Part shown: one piece after another, positions 8,580 through 19,027 of the stretch
Numbering within the stretch: the first letter of the stretch is position 1
How the letters are laid out: every line of letters starts with the position of its first letter
Program-made: the position numbers and the translations under genes
DNA from: a virus
Taxonomy: Duplodnaviria > Caudoviricetes
Strand: one strand, 5' to 3'
DNA length: 44,224 nt
IMG/VR virus record: IMGVR_UViG_3300020336_000013
Coordinates: 1 to 44,224 of that record
The notes under the pieces: generated by a model
The model's database searches: none
What the model was told of the DNA's origin: nothing
What the model saw: the letters and a program-made list of their open reading frames with translations, nothing else

Positions 8580-10396
8580 TGTATACGTTTGATGAAATAG
8601 TAGGGATTATACGGCAAAGACAAGATAGTCAAAGCCCTTTACTTGAACGTATGTTGCAAGTTAAAGAAAGATATAACGGAGAATATGTTATACCTCTTCC
8701 TTCTATGGAAAATGAACCTGTTTTACCACCTCTTACCCCTGCTCTTATAGCAGAAAACATTGATGCTGTAGCCCAAAGAGCGTCATCTGTAATGCCTTTT
8801 ATCGGATGCCCTGCTATAGATCAGTCTAAAGAACGTGGTGTTAGATCACGGGAATACGCTGATATACGAAGACGAGCACTTGCTGCTACTTGGTATTCAT
8901 CTAAATACAAACTTAAAATGCGTAGAGCGTACAGACATCTAGCTGGATATGCCACATCTTGTATAGTAGTTACACCTGATTTTGAAAAAGGTATACCTCG
9001 TATTGATATTCGAGATCCTCTTGGTGTGTATCCAGAACCTAAAGCATACGAAGATGTAGAAGCGCCACGTAACTGTGGGTTTATTTACGGCAAATCAGGT
9101 GATTGGTTACGAGCACATTATCCTGCTGCTAGAGCAGAAAATGGTGGACCAGTTAATAGAGATGAGAATGCTCGTCAAGAATTGTGGGATGTATGCGAAT
9201 GGGTAGACAGTGAACACATTGTAATAGGTATTATAGGACCAAGGTATAATCATCATAATCAAACATACGCATATCACAGCACTCAAATAGAGTTATCTCG
9301 TGCGCCTAACAAATCTGGCATGCCATGTGTTATAACTCCGGGTCGAGTTTCATTAGACAAGATTGCTTCTTCTGTTTCTAACGTAGTTGGAATCGTAGAT
9401 CTTATGTCAAAAATGATGGCATTGGAAATACTTGCACAAGAAAAAGCTATCTTCCCTGATAGGTATATAATAGGACGGTCGGGTCAGGTACCTATGATCG
9501 TCGGAGGTGAATGGAAGGACGGTCGTGAAGGGGAAGTAAATGTACTTCTTGATGCTGAAGCTATTGGCGAATTAAAATCAACTCCTGATCCGAGCACAAA
9601 CATTGCGATCGATCGATTGGAAAGAAATGCTCGTATTTCAACAGGAACCGTCCCCCAGATTGGTGGAGAAACCTACGGAGCGTTACGTACCGGAAGAGGA
9701 ATTGATTCCCTTATGGGCGCGGCGCTTGATCCACGTATCCAAGAGATGCAAGAGATTATGGAGGCTCATCTTCCTCATCTAAACGAATGTATATTTGCTA
9801 CCTATGAGGGCTACTTTGGCAACAAACAGTTCTCTATGTTTACTGGCTACGCCGGGGATTTTGGACAAGTAGAATTCACTCCAAACGAACACTTTGAAAC
9901 ACACGATAATGTTGTTTCGTACTCAATCCCCGGCGCAGACATTCAAGGCACTACAATACAATTAGGTCAGTTACTTTCAATGAAAGGAATAAGCTTACGT
10001 ACATTCCGTACTAAGCATCCATTTATTGAGGATGCTGAAGCTGAAGGACGTAGAGTAGATGAAGAACAACTTGAAGAGGCAGTCATGGCCGCTATCCAGC
10101 AACAAGCATTGTCCGGTCAGTTGCCTGTCGTGTACGTTTCTAAGATTGAGAAACATCGGAAGAAGGGTCTTGATATTTTTGAAGCTATCGAAAAAGCCGA
10201 TAGTGAAATTCGTGAAGAGCAAGCGGCTGTAGCACCTCCTCCAGAACAGGGTATGGCTATGGCCCCAGAGCAAGCACCCGGTTTAGCGGCTGGTCCAGAA
10301 GGTATGGCTCCGCAAGAAGCGCCTCCTGCTGGTGGACAAGAGATGACTCCTGAAGCCGCCGCTCAATTAGTGGGTGCGTTACAGGCAGGTATCTAA
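8579..10396 (+). CDS. Portal protein
   Basis: 605 aa, TAATG-coupled to terL; helical N-terminus, IRDP..VYP motif, low-complexity Q/P/A/G tail typical of podoviral portals; mainly positional. Confidence 0.7.
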   Translation: MYTFDEIVGIIRQRQDSQSPLLERMLQVKERYNGEYVIPLPSMENEPVLPPLTPALIAENIDAVAQRASSVMPFIGCPAIDQSKERGVRSREYADIRRRALAATWYSSKYKLKMRRAYRHLAGYATSCIVVTPDFEKGIPRIDIRDPLGVYPEPKAYEDVEAPRNCGFIYGKSGDWLRAHYPAARAENGGPVNRDENARQELWDVCEWVDSEHIVIGIIGPRYNHHNQTYAYHSTQIELSRAPNKSGMPCVITPGRVSLDKIASSVSNVVGIVDLMSKMMALEILAQEKAIFPDRYIIGRSGQVPMIVGGEWKDGREGEVNVLLDAEAIGELKSTPDPSTNIAIDRLERNARISTGTVPQIGGETYGALRTGRGIDSLMGAALDPRIQEMQEIMEAHLPHLNECIFATYEGYFGNKQFSMFTGYAGDFGQVEFTPNEHFETHDNVVSYSIPGADIQGTTIQLGQLLSMKGISLRTFRTKHPFIEDAEAEGRRVDEEQLEEAVMAAIQQQALSGQLPVVYVSKIEKHRKKGLDIFEAIEKADSEIREEQAAVAPPPEQGMAMAPEQAPGLAAGPEGMAPQEAPPAGGQEMTPEAAAQLVGALQAGI

Positions 10397-10797
10397 TGCC
10401 AAGAAAAAGACAAAATGTAGGGTTAGAACACGGTGGCGACTATGGCACTGTTCAAGCTATATCAGATAGCATGAATCCTAATATGGGTGGTATACCTCTT
10501 CAAGGTGGTGAGGTTGCTCCAGATTTAAGTGGAATGGAACAAGCACCTTCTCCTATTAGACCACAACGACCACAACAACCAACTACGTTAGATCAACCTT
10601 TACCTATTGAAGCAGCACAAGCATTTACTCCAAAGGTAAAACCTTTAACTGCGCCGGGACAAACTTTTGGACAAAGACCCTCGATAGCTTCTATGCCATC
10701 TCCAAAACAAGAAGCGGCTGTGTTAGTTTCTTCTTGGGCTTCTGCTACAGGAGATCCGCTACTTGCTGAAGCGGCGGCACAATTAGCTAATGGCTGA
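10396..10797 (+). CDS. Pro/Gln-rich hypothetical protein following the portal
   Basis: Coupled ORF; G.YG motif; low complexity. Confidence 0.7.
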   Translation: MPRKRQNVGLEHGGDYGTVQAISDSMNPNMGGIPLQGGEVAPDLSGMEQAPSPIRPQRPQQPTTLDQPLPIEAAQAFTPKVKPLTAPGQTFGQRPSIASMPSPKQEAAVLVSSWASATGDPLLAEAAAQLANG

Positions 10798-13700
10798 ACG
10801 GGCTGGCAACAGAAAAGCCATAGGAACTTTCCAAGAATATTCATCATTTGATGAAGAACATTACGGCAGGCGTATGCAACTTTTGCTTAAAGCAGGAGGT
10901 GATCGTTATTTAAAAGATGCTCCTGATACTCTTATTTCTTTAGCTAGTTCTTCTAAATCAGATAATGAAATGCTTGATACTTTTCTTGACGGTCACACTC
11001 AAGTTGATTTTAATATGATGAAAGAAAAAATGGAAGCTATGCCTCATCAGTTGCAAGAGGCAGAATTTAATTCTCTTCCTCCAGCTACGCAGAATGTTCT
11101 TTTAAACGCAGGATATGAAATACCTGATGCTAGTAAAGATGCTCTATGGAAACGTATGTTGACATGGGATATCCCACTATTACCTGAAGAACATTTTGGT
11201 TCAGCAGTTAAATGGGGAATGGCTCCTATACGTGCTGTTGGTTTTGTAGCTGGTAAAGCAACAAGCACTCTTTGGGAAAAAGCTGTAATGGAACCTTCAC
11301 GTTTTGCTACTCGACTTGGTAGAACAGGAGCTTATCTAACACAAAGGTATGGTGGTATTGCAAGTTGGGATCCATTAGCAGGCGCTCAAATGGGTAACCC
11401 TGCTAAATGGAGAGAAGCGTGGAATGCAACTAAACGGCAAAACGATTCTTTTTATGCTGGCACGTTAGAAAAATCTATTGAACTTGTAGGTAAAGAACAA
11501 ACAAATCTTTTGAGATCATATCTTGCTGATGGTCAACAAGGAGTGTATGAACTTATTTTAAATCAAGCACAAGGTGATGAACAAACAGCACAAGCAAGAT
11601 TTGAAGCGTGGCAATCTACATTAGATAATCAAAATTCTTTAGATGCTTTACAAGTATTAGAAACTGGGAAGCTAACACTCTTTGATGCTTCTATTAGAGG
11701 ATACAATGCGGTGTCTCCTTATGATGTTTCTCCTAACAGTGTAGGTGGAAAAATAGTTGGAAGCGTAGGCGCTCTTAGTATAGAGATTCTTTTAGATCCT
11801 ATGACTTGGGCTGGTGGCGCTTATATAAAAATTTATAAAGCTATTAAATCTGGTGTGCGTGGCAGTGAATACACAAAAAATCTAATTGATCTTCAAAGAA
11901 GAATTGCTATGACTGTTCGCACAGAAGACAGAATTTGGAAAACAATTAGAGGAGGACAAGGTGGGCAACTTTTTAAAGATTTAAAAGTTTGGAATCCTAC
12001 TACTGGAACTTTCTCTGATCCTACAGATGAAATTGCTGATTGGATTAAACAACCTAAAAAAGCTCGTGATGCCGCCGCTACCATAGATGGCATTCCTGTT
12101 TTCCAACCGCTACGTGATCTATGGCAATCAGCCGCAGTCAGGATAGGAACAAGCCCACTTGTTTTACGCGCACAAGGTCATGCACACAATCGTTTTATTG
12201 ACAGGGTGACTGATGCTTTCGGAGAGTTAGATGCACAGCAATTAGCTGAGATGCAGTTTAAAAAAACTGAAGCCTACTTAGATGGGTCTAAGACTTGGAA
12301 ACAGAAACAAGCTGAACTAATAGATGCAGGAGAATTCAATGTAGTTGATCCGATAGGACAGTTGCTACGTGATGTTCCCGGACTGCGTTCAATAATGCCA
12401 GACATGCTTAAACATCACATGATGCGAAGGAAAATGAATCTTGTAGTAGATCAAGCGTACATTAATGAAAATGGTTACTTTGAAATCATAGATGATTTTA
12501 CTGGTGAAATAATCAGCCAAGCTGATATAAGTGGATTCCATAATGTTCCAGATAGTGGTGTGTATGGAAAGAAGTTTTCACCTACAGACGAAGGTTGGAT
12601 TGTTTGGGATGACATTCTTAAAGATCCAATAGAGATGAGAGGGATGACTAATAGGTCATTCCCTAGTCTTGCAGATCACGAAGGCTACTGGGAATTCTTA
12701 GAGAGTGCTGAAGGTATGAAAGGGTTGGCAAGTAGTTTAGGTGGTGTTGATCCTGAAGCTATGTGGATACCTGCTATCTCAGCTTTCGGTGAACAGTGGA
12801 TTAAAACTAAACGATGGGTTCGGAAGACACAAGATTTTTATAATGTTGATCTAGAAGCTAAAGCTGATATGGCTCGTTTAACTGCACAGTTTTTAGTTAA
12901 GCAAGGAAATTATGTACATAAAAAAGTATGGGAAGGTATCGAAGAAGGAGCAATTCAATTAAGTAAAGATATAGATGAACTTGATTTAGACAGACTTCTT
13001 AAAGACCCAAGACTCACAGACAAAGCAGAACTTTCTCATAGTTACGATGAGTTGGGGTTAAACCATGATGACTACCAACAGATACAAGATGCAGTAGAAA
13101 TTTTTGAAACAGAAGCACCTCTTTTTATTCTTGAAGATGCAGAAATGTCTGACCTCTACCATTGGTATGAAGCTGACGGATGGCATTTCCAAAAAAATCC
13201 AGAAACAGGGATATTAGAATTAACTGTAAAAAAACCTCCTGCATTTAAAAAGAGTAAAGATCTTTATACAAGAAAAAGAAAAGAGCTAGAAGATAAATAC
13301 TTTGACTCGAAGATACATGGTGCTGGTAGCCAGAATGGTGAACTTGATTGGTTAACTAGAACAGGTATTATAACGAGATCGACTGCTACAGCTTTGATGT
13401 ATCATCCTGCTAAGTTCGCAGAAAAACTAACAACCTATGTTCCCAAGGCAAGGCACTTAGATTTATCTGATCCTAATCTTGGACTTCAAGAGTTCCAAGC
13501 ATTAGTTGATATGGGTGTTCTAGCTGATATGCCACGAACACAAATAGATCACTTCTTTCGTGACTACGTTCTAGGCAATGAAGCTGATAGGTGGAGAGTA
13601 ACTACAGAATTTTATCTTGACTTCTTAGGTAGATCAGGAGCTATCTTAATGGGTGGTTCAGATGTAACAAAATTCATCGAACGATTTGTTAGACACGGCT

Positions 13701-16700
13701 ACCATAAATACGGTCAAGTAGCAGAAGACTTTGTTGGATTACATGGTCTTAATGTTCGTGTAGCTGTTCACCCAAGCCAAGAACATTTAGCTCAGTTTGC
13801 TAAAGCAAATGTAATTCCTGATTACAGAGAGTTAGCGGCTGTTTCAAGATACATGTCTATGTATAGAAGACTTGGATGGGGGCTACCGTTACCGCAGATA
13901 GATAAGTTTATTGCTCGTGCTTGGCGACCAGCAGTTCTATTACGATTAGGTTACGTTGCTCGTAACGGTGGGGAAGAGCTTGCTACATGGTGGTGGCGTG
14001 AAGGTCCTACTAATTATTTGAAACAGAAGATGGCACGTAAAGCTGTAGATATGCATCCAGTATGGGATGAGTACGGTCGCCGTGTAATGATGAAAGGTAC
14101 TGACAAATTAGCTGATGGTCAAACTGTAGCTGATGCTGTAAGAACGCCATTGTTCTGGCGGCCTTTTTCTAGATTGTGGAGATCATTCAATGAGTTTGCT
14201 GGTGTAGGAGATTACGCAATTACTACTAGAGCTATTAAAGAATCTATTGAAGCAAAGCCATACAAATGGCAATTCATGACTGAAGATCAAAGAGTAGAAG
14301 TTTTTAAACAAGTACGTGCAGGTATTGAAAAAGATATCAAAACAAAGAAATGGTACAGCCCAAGTAAAACTAGTAAAAGATTATTTGAATTTGCTGATTC
14401 TAAAGCTAATGAGTTTAGTTTATTGTTAGATAATGTAAGAGATAAAATTCCGGGGCTACCATCAAAACATAAACTTGCTGAAAAAATTGGTCGTGCAGTA
14501 GATGTAGATCACGATAAAAGAGTAGATGCGATTATACGTACTTATACTCATCCAACAATATTAGATGCACAAATGAAAGATGTTCTTGGTGGGTTTGATA
14601 ACTATCTTAACTATTCAAAAAATACTTTAGATGATGCTTTAAGACAAACAGGTGTAGATAACCCAATCAATAATCTTGTTCAAATGGCAATGGTTGGTGT
14701 TCGTGAAAATACAGATTTAAAATACATCAGCACTATTGATAACAGTTCTGTTCATGGTGTTCCTAAATCTGTAGCTGTGGCTCAAAGACTTGACATGATT
14801 AGTGGTGATAAAGCTGCTAGAAGATTTATACAAGAAGCAATGCATCATGTACCTGTAAACACTAGAGAAAAATTGCGACATCTTTCAGAGCAACTTCTTG
14901 TAGCAGATCTTGATTTAGCATATTTAGCAAAAGCTAACCCAGAAGAAATTGTTTTAACAGCTTTAAGAAAAGACTCCACATCATTTGATAAACTTAGCAA
15001 AGCTTATAACAATATTATTCCTGAAGAAGCAATAGATGAAACAGGAGAATTAATATCTTCTGTAGTTTCAGGCGACATGGCTTACATAGATGCTGTAGAT
15101 GAATTTATTGCAAGCAGAGCCGGAGAAGAGCAATGGATTTGGGACATGCTTTTAAATCCTAAAGATGCTGCTGGTGTTGAAATAGGTGCCGATTGGAATC
15201 TTATGGCATTTTTATTAAGTGACCCAGATCAACTTAATATTGCAAAACTTACTGACGATTTTGATGAAGCAATAGATCGTGGCATGAAAGCATACGTAAG
15301 TTATCTTTCTGGTACACCTGAAGGACAACAATATATTATGTCTTCTCACCGTGGTTCCGCTGGTGCTAAAGCAAAAGGTAGAATGGATCTTCCTTTACCT
15401 CCCGGAATGTCACGCTTATTTATGCCAATGGTGCCTGTTAGATTAGCGCAAAAATATACAGACATATTACGTCCCGGTGGTGGGTTAACAAAAGAATGGT
15501 TTAATACGTTTACAGATTTACTTGGAGAAAGATTAACAACTCTTGGTATACCTGCTAGTGAAGCTACTAAAGCTGCTAGGTTGTTACATCCGGGTAATGT
15601 AGGTGAAACTTTATCTGCTCAAGTAGCTTTAATGGAAGAGTGGGCACAAACTGGAAACTATTTCCCTGTAGTAGTTGGTAGTGCTGATGATCGTGTAGCT
15701 AGTGCTATATCTGAAACGCTTATTGACATGTTAGATGATGGGTTAGCAACTGCTTCTGATGTTGCGACAGGTTCAGCAAAAGGAATGATTGGTTCTTTAG
15801 ATGTCAACTCTGAATCGTTGTTTAATCAAGGTGGGTTTGCTTCTCATAGTCGTCCTGAGTTTAGAACTACTGTAACAAGAAACGGTGTTAAAGGTACTAC
15901 TGAATATAAGACATTAGCTGAAGATATATCTGGTGAGTATTGGAATGATTTCTTTGGATTTGAAGGTGCCCGTGATCCTATTACTGGACAAACAACAGGG
16001 CGTGGTGTTGTTGGTGCTAAAGAATTTGGTGAAGGTGGATTAAAAAATGAAACAATGATAGGTGTTGGAGGAACTCATCTTCTATCTCCTAAACCCGGAG
16101 GTTTCACTCCTATACATATGCTTGATGGACAACCACAAGTAGGTACAGTTAAGATTTATAAAGATAAAACTGGCAGGTTTATTCTTTTAGAAGAAGGAAC
16201 TGAAATAGATCCTGATGCTGTTGATTGGTTTGCAAACGCAGAACTTGTAGAAGAACAACGTGTGCCTATGAATGGTATTCGTGCTACTGCTGAAGAGTAC
16301 GCTTTGTTAGCTAAACAAGAACTTATTGATCTTTTGTCAAGTGGTTCAAGGCGTAGTGTCGGTCAAGAAGAATGGTTTTATCCTTGGATACGTGAAACTA
16401 TAAGTGGTGAACCTGTTAGTGCTCATAGAGTTCATCGTGCCGCTACAGATGGTAGATGGTGGCCTTCTGCTCCTAAAGATATTTTAGCTTTTGTTCCTGT
16501 TACTAATGAAGGTGGTGGAATTGGAGAAAAAATTAGTGACGCTTGGACTACTGTTTTAAGAAACTGGTTTGATGGTGTTGTTAATCCGATGATTGGTGCG
16601 ATGGTAAGAGAACCTATGTTCCAGCATTATTTAATGCTTGGTTGGGATCAAACGTTAGGTATCCGTCGTAATTTTGATAGAGCAAAACGCGATGTTGTCT

Positions 16701-19027
16701 CTAAAGAAACTATTAGAAATAAAAAAATTAGAGGTAAAAGACAATACGACAAAGGTAATATTTTTGTTGAAGCATCAGAGAAAGATGTAAAAGCAGGATT
16801 TGCTACTCAAGCTGGTAAAACAAAGATCGGTACGTATGAATACAGATCACAGTTTGCTGAAGAAGATTTACATTATGTAATAACAAGAGATGAAACAGAT
16901 AATATTTTTGATGAGTTTGGACAATACGATCAGCAACCTTTCACAGATTTTGCAGAAATAGATTGGCAATTAGCTCACACAGACCCAGATGATCCAATGG
17001 CTCAAATAGCTTTTGCTTTAGAAGCTAGAGATCCTGAAGCGTTAGCTGTTGCTATAAGTAAAGCAAAGATGAATAATCCTGAATGGGACGGCGTTGAAAG
17101 ACTTATGTTTATGAAACGCAAAGATATTAACGGTGAAGATATTCGTATATCTATGCGCCCAACAAGAAATAAAAAAGGTGATATAACATTTGCACGACAA
17201 AGACCAGTCGCAGGTGTGCAAGACGATTTCTTTAACATGATGCATCACAAGAAACGAGTCTTTGAAACACACAGAGATGTAGCAACACAAAGAGCAATGA
17301 CACTAACAAGCGCATACATCGACGATCATCGCATACGCTCACAATTCCAGCAGATGGTAGGAACAGTAATGCCATTTTGGTTTGCTGAAGATAACTTCCT
17401 TCGTCGTGTCGGACGAAGCTTAAAGCACAATCCGTTAATGTTACGTAACCTGCATCTAACAATGACTGCTGGCGTGTACAGCGGACTTGTTCAAACAGAT
17501 GAATTCGGTGAAAGAAAACTAATTATTCCGGGTAGCGAAGTAGCTACAACAGCAATGTTAGCTATAGCTGACAACACTCCAATAGTTAAAAATGTTTTTG
17601 GTGGAGAACTTGGTTCAGTTATTAGACCATCAATGGGATTAGCTACAAGTCTTAAAGTTATTCCGGGTTATGATCTTGAAACAATAGGACGTATGGGGTT
17701 TGGTCCGTTGCTTGCCGCACCAATTAATTATCTTTCAGGTCGTGACCCTGAAATTAGAAAAATGTTTGAAGCTAATCTAGTTGGTGGCAGGTACAGAGGT
17801 GTGAGTGATGTTTCTTCTAGTGCTGAGTCAATGTGGAAAGCCGCTTGGTCTTCTTTTATGCCAGCGATTTTAACAAGAAGTTTGCAGATAGCTAATATCG
17901 ATGGGCCTGAAGGTGAAGCTAGAAACAAAGCAAAGATTGATGTTATCAAGTTTTTAGCTATGCAAGACAAGATACCTACCGAGCAAGAGATTGCTAATGC
18001 TGACAACCCTGCTTTATTCCAAGAAGCATTCTTAGAAAAAGTTGATGCTATGGCGAAGCAATACCAGTTGCTCCAAGCTATGACATGGTTCTTTGGTACT
18101 GGCACAGGCTACTTAGCTGACCTTACATTAAATGAGAATTGGGAATGGAACTCAGAGTTTTATGATCTTCTTGAATTAGGTATGCCTTATGAAGAAGCTT
18201 ACCCTCAATGGGTTAAAAACATAGAAGCTAGAACGGGTGAAGATTTTAATGCCATGCAGTTCTCACCATTCCGTACCAGTGCTTATGAAAAAATTCCTTT
18301 CGCTGTTTTAGAAACAACACAAGATGCTAATCGTTGGCTAGTTAATAATGATGAGTTTACTAGATCATTCAAGATGGCAAGTCCTTTCTTTATGCCTAGA
18401 GATTTTGATCCTGAAGATGATGAGTATGTAGCTGAAGCTAAACAAAGACAAGTAAATATAGGGTTGCGTTCTTTACGAACACCTGAAGAATTTTTAGAAA
18501 GTCTTTACTTTAATGTTTCTTATGGTGTTTATAGTCAACATAGAGTTAGATATTTAAAACAAAAAGAAGCGCTTAAACGTGCTGGCATGGATACTAAACA
18601 AGTGCAAGATAAGTGGGATATATGGCTTGAGTCGTTTAAGAGTCAACATCCTGTATTCAATCATTCTATTACTACTGGTACTTCTAGGTTACGTAGAGAA
18701 GAAACCATACACCAGTTTAGGCTTATTTTAGAAACACCTGAACTAGCTCCTGAAGGGTTACATAAAGAAGATGTGTTAACTGCTATGGCTACGATTGTAG
18801 GGTTCCAAGACAAAATGGATGCATTGCAAGGGTTAACTACTCCTGATGCTCAAGCAAAACGTGATGCTTTAAGAGCACAGTATTATAGAGTATTAGAATC
18901 ATTTAGCAATAACAAACCATGGTTGAATGAGCTATTCTATAGTGTATTCGTACCTTTGATCGGAGAGAGTTGGTTAGCTAAATATGATGGTGGCAATATT
19001 AACATCAACACAGGGGTTCTTGTCTAA
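10790..19027 (+). CDS. Giant (2745 aa) internal virion / DNA-ejection protein
   Basis: Uninterrupted ORF; LLDPMTW, WRPAVLLRLGYVARN and PFWFAE patterns resemble large podoviral internal proteins; no polymerase motif seen. Confidence 0.6.
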   Translation: MAERAGNRKAIGTFQEYSSFDEEHYGRRMQLLLKAGGDRYLKDAPDTLISLASSSKSDNEMLDTFLDGHTQVDFNMMKEKMEAMPHQLQEAEFNSLPPATQNVLLNAGYEIPDASKDALWKRMLTWDIPLLPEEHFGSAVKWGMAPIRAVGFVAGKATSTLWEKAVMEPSRFATRLGRTGAYLTQRYGGIASWDPLAGAQMGNPAKWREAWNATKRQNDSFYAGTLEKSIELVGKEQTNLLRSYLADGQQGVYELILNQAQGDEQTAQARFEAWQSTLDNQNSLDALQVLETGKLTLFDASIRGYNAVSPYDVSPNSVGGKIVGSVGALSIEILLDPMTWAGGAYIKIYKAIKSGVRGSEYTKNLIDLQRRIAMTVRTEDRIWKTIRGGQGGQLFKDLKVWNPTTGTFSDPTDEIADWIKQPKKARDAAATIDGIPVFQPLRDLWQSAAVRIGTSPLVLRAQGHAHNRFIDRVTDAFGELDAQQLAEMQFKKTEAYLDGSKTWKQKQAELIDAGEFNVVDPIGQLLRDVPGLRSIMPDMLKHHMMRRKMNLVVDQAYINENGYFEIIDDFTGEIISQADISGFHNVPDSGVYGKKFSPTDEGWIVWDDILKDPIEMRGMTNRSFPSLADHEGYWEFLESAEGMKGLASSLGGVDPEAMWIPAISAFGEQWIKTKRWVRKTQDFYNVDLEAKADMARLTAQFLVKQGNYVHKKVWEGIEEGAIQLSKDIDELDLDRLLKDPRLTDKAELSHSYDELGLNHDDYQQIQDAVEIFETEAPLFILEDAEMSDLYHWYEADGWHFQKNPETGILELTVKKPPAFKKSKDLYTRKRKELEDKYFDSKIHGAGSQNGELDWLTRTGIITRSTATALMYHPAKFAEKLTTYVPKARHLDLSDPNLGLQEFQALVDMGVLADMPRTQIDHFFRDYVLGNEADRWRVTTEFYLDFLGRSGAILMGGSDVTKFIERFVRHGYHKYGQVAEDFVGLHGLNVRVAVHPSQEHLAQFAKANVIPDYRELAAVSRYMSMYRRLGWGLPLPQIDKFIARAWRPAVLLRLGYVARNGGEELATWWWREGPTNYLKQKMARKAVDMHPVWDEYGRRVMMKGTDKLADGQTVADAVRTPLFWRPFSRLWRSFNEFAGVGDYAITTRAIKESIEAKPYKWQFMTEDQRVEVFKQVRAGIEKDIKTKKWYSPSKTSKRLFEFADSKANEFSLLLDNVRDKIPGLPSKHKLAEKIGRAVDVDHDKRVDAIIRTYTHPTILDAQMKDVLGGFDNYLNYSKNTLDDALRQTGVDNPINNLVQMAMVGVRENTDLKYISTIDNSSVHGVPKSVAVAQRLDMISGDKAARRFIQEAMHHVPVNTREKLRHLSEQLLVADLDLAYLAKANPEEIVLTALRKDSTSFDKLSKAYNNIIPEEAIDETGELISSVVSGDMAYIDAVDEFIASRAGEEQWIWDMLLNPKDAAGVEIGADWNLMAFLLSDPDQLNIAKLTDDFDEAIDRGMKAYVSYLSGTPEGQQYIMSSHRGSAGAKAKGRMDLPLPPGMSRLFMPMVPVRLAQKYTDILRPGGGLTKEWFNTFTDLLGERLTTLGIPASEATKAARLLHPGNVGETLSAQVALMEEWAQTGNYFPVVVGSADDRVASAISETLIDMLDDGLATASDVATGSAKGMIGSLDVNSESLFNQGGFASHSRPEFRTTVTRNGVKGTTEYKTLAEDISGEYWNDFFGFEGARDPITGQTTGRGVVGAKEFGEGGLKNETMIGVGGTHLLSPKPGGFTPIHMLDGQPQVGTVKIYKDKTGRFILLEEGTEIDPDAVDWFANAELVEEQRVPMNGIRATAEEYALLAKQELIDLLSSGSRRSVGQEEWFYPWIRETISGEPVSAHRVHRAATDGRWWPSAPKDILAFVPVTNEGGGIGEKISDAWTTVLRNWFDGVVNPMIGAMVREPMFQHYLMLGWDQTLGIRRNFDRAKRDVVSKETIRNKKIRGKRQYDKGNIFVEASEKDVKAGFATQAGKTKIGTYEYRSQFAEEDLHYVITRDETDNIFDEFGQYDQQPFTDFAEIDWQLAHTDPDDPMAQIAFALEARDPEALAVAISKAKMNNPEWDGVERLMFMKRKDINGEDIRISMRPTRNKKGDITFARQRPVAGVQDDFFNMMHHKKRVFETHRDVATQRAMTLTSAYIDDHRIRSQFQQMVGTVMPFWFAEDNFLRRVGRSLKHNPLMLRNLHLTMTAGVYSGLVQTDEFGERKLIIPGSEVATTAMLAIADNTPIVKNVFGGELGSVIRPSMGLATSLKVIPGYDLETIGRMGFGPLLAAPINYLSGRDPEIRKMFEANLVGGRYRGVSDVSSSAESMWKAAWSSFMPAILTRSLQIANIDGPEGEARNKAKIDVIKFLAMQDKIPTEQEIANADNPALFQEAFLEKVDAMAKQYQLLQAMTWFFGTGTGYLADLTLNENWEWNSEFYDLLELGMPYEEAYPQWVKNIEARTGEDFNAMQFSPFRTSAYEKIPFAVLETTQDANRWLVNNDEFTRSFKMASPFFMPRDFDPEDDEYVAEAKQRQVNIGLRSLRTPEEFLESLYFNVSYGVYSQHRVRYLKQKEALKRAGMDTKQVQDKWDIWLESFKSQHPVFNHSITTGTSRLRREETIHQFRLILETPELAPEGLHKEDVLTAMATIVGFQDKMDALQGLTTPDAQAKRDALRAQYYRVLESFSNNKPWLNELFYSVFVPLIGESWLAKYDGGNININTGVLV

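Noticed and set aside
10790-19027. Virion-packaged RNA polymerase (N4- or crAss-like)
   Set aside because: No DxDGD/DFDID or single-subunit RNA polymerase motifs seen by eye; cannot be fully excluded without a structure search
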